Origin: Emiliania huxleyi CCMP1516
Taxonomy: Eukaryota
NCBI RefSeq assembly: GCF_000372725.1
Contig: NW_005202428.1
Coordinates: 2,181,249-2,245,248 of the forward strand
Length of the DNA stretch: 64,000 nt
Reading direction: 5' to 3'
The translations under genes were made by a program, and so were the position numbers. Position 1 is the stretch's first letter; each line of letters begins with the position of its first letter. A model generated the notes under the pieces. That model saw only the letters and a list, made by a program, of their open reading frames with translations. It made no database searches and was not told where the DNA came from. Below, one piece after another: positions 61,830 to 64,000 of the stretch.

Positions 61830-62622
61830 CGCGGGCTCCAGGGGTAGTAGCTTCCCGGGTATATAGGAGCGTCGTAGCGTGTTGCGTGTCCGTATAATTT
61901 GGCGCGCCCCTGTTCCCGGGGTTTGTTTGTTCGGGGTTCGCGAAATTTTGCATCGGTTCATGCAGGCTCGGACGTCGGAGGCATGGCGCATGCACTACGC
62001 TCCCAGGCACGGTGAGTGACGTGAAACGCTGGTTCCGCACTCTTTTTACTCTTCACCAACCCGTTCTTTTTTTCGTAAAAAGAAAGAAAGAAAGAAAACA
62101 GACAAACCCAGACGAGGGATGGGGGAGGAGGACAGGGTCCCCACCTGCACGAGCAGGATTTTGGAAGGACGATCAGGGGGACAGGTGGGGCTCTCCTGCT
62201 CCTGACAAGGGACACGACAGGCTCGCAGCGCGGTGCACGGCGGGCTCCCAACTCTTTTTTTCGTGTCGTGCGAGGGAGGAATAGCAAATTCTTTTTTTCG
62301 TGTTCCCCCCAACCAAGAACGCCGCCATTCGCTTCGCATTGGGCTCCCGTGATGCTGCTCGTCCAGCCTGCCGTATCTGGCTTCTGGCCTCCATTCGGGC
62401 AATATCGCTGGGCCGATGAGACGGTGCGCGTCTCGCATCAAGCCAAGCGGGCGTCTATCGAGAGGTGCCGCCTCGGCGCCCTCGACCGCCACGTCCGTTT
62501 GCATTTTTGGACGTCGCCACCTCTGAACAATTCCACCGCCCCTCCCGCTCAGGCGCAAGCGGCGGCAGCTCCTCGAAGTGGAGGGAAGCGGGCCGAGCGA
62601 ATACACCGTCGGCGGCGTCGAC

Positions 62623-64000
62623 ATGGACTACTCCTCGCTCGACTGCCCGGCCGAGTGGCTCGACCTGCTCGACTCGGACCCTGATATGGGGGCCTGCCTT
62701 CCGTGGCAGGAGCTCCTCAACCCAACGGTCGGCGCCGACTTCAAGACCCCTTTGGGGGTCGGGATGCGATGGGCGGGGGAGCCGTATAAGTGTGTCTCCT
62801 CGCCTCTCTGCCACCGAGCCCGCTGCTGCCCACCCTGCCCTCCCTCGCCGGCCCTCCCTCACCGAGCCCGCTGCTGCCCACCCACCCTTGCCTCCAGGTA
62901 CGCCGCGCCGGACCCATTCGGCGCCGACCCCATCTGCACCACCGGGACCATCGAGGACTGCAAGTACAGTACGCCGGAGACCCGCGATCTGCCAGGCGCC
63001 CCCCCCTCCCCTTCCTCCTCCCCTCCGCTCCCCCTGGCTGAAACTACCTCTTGCCGTTGTGCCCTGCAGACTTTCTGACGACCACCAAGGACCTGCCGGA
63101 TCCAAACACGAAAGGGTGGGGCGCAGCCAACGACCCAGCCACCCGCTCCTACCCGACCCTGACGGGCGGCGAGTGCACAAAGGACGACTCCGCAACGCAG
63201 TGGCTGGACTGCGGCGCCGCCTAGAGCCCGCGCCTCTTGAGTGCCCCGTATTGCGGCTGAATGCGGTTGGACGATGCATCTCTAGGCATCCCGTGCCCCG
63301 CGCCCTTTGAGATGACGACAAAGGACCTCCAAATCTCCTTCGGCGCGGCCCGTCGCGTGCTCGCCAACCTTCCGGCACGCACCCCTTTAGTGACCTCATC
63401 GGTGCACCTCCAGGCACGCCCGTGATCATCTTTGTCGCGCTATGCACGGTCCTCGGCCTGGTCGCCCTCAAAAAGGTGGGCGGCAAGGCGGAGAACTACT
63501 TTGTCGCGGGCCGCTCCCTCTCGCTGCCCGTGCTCGCCGCCACCCTAGCGGGGCAGGTGCCTCGCGCCCTCCATATGGCATCCGAGGCCCCGCACGCACG
63601 CCGACCTGACGCCAACTCGCAGACACCCCTCCTTCCCTCATTCGCGCTCTTTACGTACCTTTGCGCGCTGCCCTCTTGCGCAGGGTATCGACGGCTCTGG
63701 AACGATGGGGAGCGCACTCGGACCTCGCGCGCCTGACACTTCTGAGACGCGTCCGCGACATGTCCGCGACACGTCCGACTAGGAACGTCGACCTCGCGTA
63801 CAACTACCACTTCTGGGACGGCTTCGCCCTCCCCTTCGGCATCGGCTGGTCGCTGGTCCTCGTCGGCATCTTCTTCGCCAAGCCGCTCAACGACATGAAG
63901 CTCCTCACGCTGCCGGACGTGTTTGGGCGCCGCTTCGGGCCCGCCTCCGAGGTTGCCTTTGGCGTCTTCGCCATCGTCAGCTTCATCTGCCTCTTCGGCT
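62623..64000 (+). CDS. Sodium:solute symporter (SLC5, choline-transporter-like), multi-exon, runs off the window end
   Basis: ENYFVAGRSLSLPVLAATLAGQ|GIDGSGTMG|NVDLAYNYHFWDG...FFAKPL...LTLPDVFGRRFG. Confidence 0.9.

Overview
Eukaryotic nuclear DNA, very GC-rich, with short (about 65-115 nt) spliceosomal introns that often have GC donors, abundant 10-11 nt tandem repeats and one 100-N gap. This style points to a haptophyte such as Emiliania/Gephyrocapsa huxleyi (inference). About 20 protein-coding loci are supportable: an F-box/actin-fold ARP8-like gene, a jacalin-like lectin, an EF-hand protein, a DUF3712/LEA2-like membrane protein, TMEM18, TMEM256, farnesyltransferase beta, an MFS transporter, NOM1/SGD1, an acyltransferase-3, a PAN/Apple protein, an EamA transporter, a Tudor/PHD protein, EDRF1, an SGNH/PC-esterase and a sodium:solute symporter, plus several orphans. 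Mobile DNA includes a hAT derivative with TIRs and an 8-bp TSD, a MITE with 40-bp TIRs and a 3-bp TSD, truncated RLE-type non-LTR retrotransposons and stacked retroelement 3' ends. Main finding: in at least seven unrelated genes the first 12-40 nt of many introns are a degenerate copy of the first nucleotides of the next exon. This 'exon echo' suggests a systematic intron-gain or junction-overwriting process and may explain the GC and possible GA donors. All gene models were spliced and all domains assigned by eye, without searches, so boundaries are approximate.
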